In this document: positions 60,818 through 64,000 of the stretch, piece after piece | Numbering within the stretch: the first letter of the stretch is position 1 | How the letters are laid out: the number at the start of each line of letters is the position of its first letter | Origin: an uncultured delta proteobacterium | GTDB lineage: Bacteria; Desulfobacterota; RBG-13-43-22 | Assembly (NCBI GenBank): GCA_963790475.1 | Contig: CAWBOS010000006.1 | Span: forward strand, 256,001-320,000 | Length of the DNA stretch: 64,000 nucleotides | Reading direction: 5' to 3' | The notes under the pieces: generated by a model | What the model saw: only the letters and a program-made list of their open reading frames with translations | Told to the model about the DNA's origin: nothing | Databases searched by the model: none | Program-made: the position numbers and the translations under genes

Positions 60818-63097
60818 ATGCTAGAACGGAAACCGTCAAAAGTTCAAGCTGGGGAAGTGACCTATGAACTGCATTCTCTTGGCTGGAAAGCCTTTCAGAA
60901 CCTTTGCATTACGATAACCTCAGAGGTGTGGGGTCAAGTTGTCCAGAGTTTTTTCGATTCTCGTGATGGAGGGAGAGATGGTGCTTTTCATGGAACCTGG
61001 GAACCAATCGCCGGCGAATCGTTTCAGGGATCGTTCACGGTACAGTGCAAGTTCACCGCCAAGGCTGACAAGAATCTTCAACTTTCCGAACTAAAGGATG
61101 AATTTGCCAAGGCTCAACGCCTTGCCTCGCGTGGGTTGGCGGAGAACTACTTCCTCTTCACCAACTCTCGCCTGTCCGGAGTGACCGATGAAAAAATAAA
61201 AGAAGCTTTTCAAGCCGTTCCAGGCATCAGGCGTTTTGCAGCTTATGGTTATGACTGGATTTCCCATATAATTCGAGAGTCTCCACGACTCCGAATGTTG
61301 GTCCCACGTGTTTATGGTCTCGGCGACCTTAGTCAGATTCTCGATGAACGGGCTTACACACAAGCACGAGAAATCTTGAGTGCGTTAGGGGACGATTTGG
61401 CGAAATTCGTTATCACGGATGCCTACCAAAAAAGTGCCAAGGCCTTGGTGCAGCATGGCTTCGTACTGCTACTTGGGGAACCCGCTTGCGGGAAATCAAC
61501 TATTGCTGCCGCATTGGGGCTTGGCGCTTTGGATGAATGGGGTTGTTCAACCATAAAGATTCGTGACGCTGATGATTTTGTAAAACACAGTAACCCTAAT
61601 GAGCCAAAGCAGTTCTTTTGGATGGATGATGCTTTTGGAGCAACACAATTCGACTGGGCTAGCACGACCGCATGGAATCGAATATTTCCTCATATGCACG
61701 CCGCAATTCGTAGGGGTGCCCGTGTCCTTTTCACATCTCGCGACTATATCTATCGTTCGGCACGACAGCACCTCAAAGAGACTGCCTTCCCACTAATGAA
61801 AGAATCGCAGGTTGTTATTTACGCCGAGAAGTTGACCAACGATGAACGCGAGCAGATTCTCTACAATCACATCAAGCTTGGAACTCAACCCAAGGAGTTT
61901 AAGGGGAAGGTTAAACCTTTCTTACCGGAAGTAGCTGCTCACCGCAGATTTAGCCCCGAAATCGCACGAAGATTGGGTGACCCTATATTTACGAAGCAAC
62001 TTAATATAACACAATTTGGTCTAGATAATTTTGTAGCCAATCCTTTGGATTTACTCTGTGAGATTATTCGTACGCTTGACGCCAACAGTCGATCAGCTCT
62101 CGCCCTCATATTTATGCATTCAGGAATCCTGCCAAGTCCAATCGAGATAGGCGAAGAAGAGCGAAGTGCAATATCTTATATCGGTGGTTCCGCGGGTGGT
62201 GTCCGGGAAGCACTCAATGCGTTAAATGAGAGTTTACTCATTCAGTCTTTTCAAAACAATAGTCATGCATGGCGTTTCAAACATCCCACTATTCGCGACG
62301 CTTTTGCCACTCTCATTGCCGAGAATACTGAATTAATGGACATTTATCTCTCCGGGACACCAATTGAAAAGTTGTTTGAAGAGGTGTCCTGCGGCGATGT
62401 CGGCATTCAAGGTGTGAAGGTTATTATTCCTTCTAGCCGATATGATGCCTTACTTACACGTATTGAGAAAGGTGACCTCAAGAAGAATGGGACCTTATAT
62501 CAGTTTCTTGCTTACCGGTGTGATCGTGAGTTCTTAACACGTTTCATCGAAAGGCAACCAAAGTTCATTTCGAATTTACAGGTATGGTCCTATCTGTATG
62601 CGGTTTGGGATGTAGATGTCATCGTTCGTCTACATGAATTTGGCCTTTTGCCAGAAGAGAAGCGAATCGGTGTTGTGGCCGCTATTAAAAATTTGGCCGT
62701 TGATACGCCAGATGCTGGTTTCCTGCAAGGACGAACCCGCAACATTTTTACCGAGGCCGAACTTATAGACATTATTGAGCATGTCCAGGAGAGATTGCTT
62801 CCTGATCTTAACAGTCAAATTGATAATTGGCTCTCGAACTATAACAAAGATACTGACGAATCAGACGAATATTTCAGTGAGCTAAAAAGTGCCCTGGAAG
62901 ACTACCGTAATGAGTTTGAGGATTACCATGATTCCCTTGAATATATCGATGCCGGATTGGCTCGTATTGAGAAAGTCAAAGAAGATTTGCGTTCTGAGGA
63001 TCATAAAAAACCTGACTCAGATGATTACTACGGAAAGGACTCACCAGGCAACGACAGCAATGGGTCTCGATCGATTTTTGATGATGTTGATCTTTAA
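60818..63097 (+). CDS. Mrr-like PD-(D/E)xK restriction endonuclease fused to an nSTAND3-like NTPase
   Basis: LGWKAFQNLC..DGGRDG..VQCKF nuclease; Walker A GEPACGKS, WMDDAFG, FTSRDYI, SPEIAR, FKHPTIRD; acidic C-terminus. Confidence 0.75.
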   Translation: MLERKPSKVQAGEVTYELHSLGWKAFQNLCITITSEVWGQVVQSFFDSRDGGRDGAFHGTWEPIAGESFQGSFTVQCKFTAKADKNLQLSELKDEFAKAQRLASRGLAENYFLFTNSRLSGVTDEKIKEAFQAVPGIRRFAAYGYDWISHIIRESPRLRMLVPRVYGLGDLSQILDERAYTQAREILSALGDDLAKFVITDAYQKSAKALVQHGFVLLLGEPACGKSTIAAALGLGALDEWGCSTIKIRDADDFVKHSNPNEPKQFFWMDDAFGATQFDWASTTAWNRIFPHMHAAIRRGARVLFTSRDYIYRSARQHLKETAFPLMKESQVVIYAEKLTNDEREQILYNHIKLGTQPKEFKGKVKPFLPEVAAHRRFSPEIARRLGDPIFTKQLNITQFGLDNFVANPLDLLCEIIRTLDANSRSALALIFMHSGILPSPIEIGEEERSAISYIGGSAGGVREALNALNESLLIQSFQNNSHAWRFKHPTIRDAFATLIAENTELMDIYLSGTPIEKLFEEVSCGDVGIQGVKVIIPSSRYDALLTRIEKGDLKKNGTLYQFLAYRCDREFLTRFIERQPKFISNLQVWSYLYAVWDVDVIVRLHEFGLLPEEKRIGVVAAIKNLAVDTPDAGFLQGRTRNIFTEAELIDIIEHVQERLLPDLNSQIDNWLSNYNKDTDESDEYFSELKSALEDYRNEFEDYHDSLEYIDAGLARIEKVKEDLRSEDHKKPDSDDYYGKDSPGNDSNGSRSIFDDVDL

Positions 63098-63305
63098 GCG
63101 GAAAGGGACTTAGTTCACTTCATTTAGTAATCGAACGATCATGAAGTAATAAATTAGGGGTCTTTAATCTTGAATACAGCGGTGGGCAATAAAATTTATC
63201 CAGAGATCCTTTGATTTCGAAAAAATCAAGATGGATTAGAAGTTATGCCTTTACCTCTCAGCATCCCTGAGATCCTCAGTAATCGTCCATTAGAATGAGA
63301 GCAGC

Positions 63306-63425
63306 ATGAAATTTATCCACACCGCAGACTAGCAGTTGGGCATGAAGGCCGCCCAGGTGGGCGGGGCCGGGGAACGGGTCCGTGCCGAGAGGCTCAAAAC
63401 CGCGGAGCGGATTGTCAGTCCATAG
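63306..63425 (+). pseudogene. 5' remnant of an SbcD/Mre11-like metallophosphoesterase nuclease
   Basis: MKFIHTAD*QLG (TGG to TAG in the ADWQLG motif); ends after 39 codons. Confidence 0.75.
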
Positions 63426-63454
63426 TACAGGATTGGGGATACAGGGTTAGTAAG

Positions 63455-63736
63455 TTAAGCTTGTGCTTTTTCCTGTTCGATTCGTTCATGAAGCCACATA
63501 GCCATAAGTTGAGAAAAGGGAATCCCTTTAAGCCTGGCGATTCGTTTGGCCATAGACAAATCAAAAGGATCCATTCGGAGGGAAACCGGCTGACGAGCAG
63601 GACGTTGCGCCATGAAAAGTTCGGCTTCTTCAAGAAGTTTATTAACTTGGACTGAAGTTTCACGGGCAATTCGGGTGTCCCAGTAGGAAGCTTCTTTATT
63701 AAGTTCTCTCTTGATTTTTTTAGGAAGTTTACTCAT
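63455..63736 (-). CDS. BrnA/CopG-like RHH antitoxin (toxin apparently lost)
   Basis: EASYWDT..VSLRM..KRIARLKGIPFSQLMAMWLHERI; the MSKLPKK start overlaps the stop of a basic tail RYIRKKR*. Confidence 0.72.
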   Translation of the reverse strand: MSKLPKKIKRELNKEASYWDTRIARETSVQVNKLLEEAELFMAQRPARQPVSLRMDPFDLSMAKRIARLKGIPFSQLMAMWLHERIEQEKAQA

Positions 63737-64000
63737 CTCTTTTTCCGTATGTAGCGTCATTTTTTAATTACGTCAAGTAAATTTATTTCCCCAAACGAAA
63801 AGAGGGACGTTCTTCATTCCATTCAGAAATTAAGGGAAAGTTGGGTGGTTGAATTCATTGAATTGGCAGGAGGAAAATAATAAAAAAATGGGACGCTGTC
63901 AGAACGATTGACTCCTGAATTGTAGCGTGGCTTTTCAGAAGATAACCTCTCCAATATGAGAAGGTTTTTTCTGGTTTACAAAGAAACCTTTACAGGAATT

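Noticed and set aside
63330-63332. In-frame TAG as a possible pyrrolysine or recoded codon
   Set aside because: It replaces a conserved Trp (TGG to TAG) and the ORF ends 30 codons later, so it is simple decay.

Overview
Bacterial chromosomal segment, probably from an anaerobic Desulfobacterota/deltaproteobacterium (inferred from the siroheme-dependent ahb heme genes, the murB-ftsQ dcw layout, a sigma54 two-component pair, CIRCE-controlled groESL and an AbfD-like enzyme). 1-44 kb is mostly housekeeping: ahbC, an atypical ClpX-like ATPase, the mraZ-ftsZ dcw cluster, a PilZ protein, an EF-G paralog, rarA, pgi, a frameshifted HK/NtrC pair, Crp/Fnr-hemB-ahbD-ahbA, a dGTPase and groESL. 44-51.5 kb is a patchy catabolic region. 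51.7-64 kb is an antiphage defence island: type IB (EcoAI-like) hsdR-hsdM, an AbiD/AbiF-family HEPN gene with its own promoter and upstream hairpin, hsdS, an OLD-family ABC-ATPase/TOPRIM nuclease, a restriction-endonuclease/nSTAND-type ATPase, then an SbcD remnant and an orphan antitoxin. The most unusual signal is a 9-nt-periodic palindromic repeat (CCTTCTGCGTCYTCKGCGTGTTCTGCGGT). It flanks the Abi cassette as direct repeats and is also translated in frame (SSACSAV) at the start of both halves of HsdS, which suggests a repeat-mediated cassette or specificity-exchange mechanism. Short 7-mer and 9-mer tandem arrays and MITE-like palindromes also occur at many gene junctions. No rRNA, tRNA or CRISPR array was seen. 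All calls come from reading motifs by eye; no searches were run.
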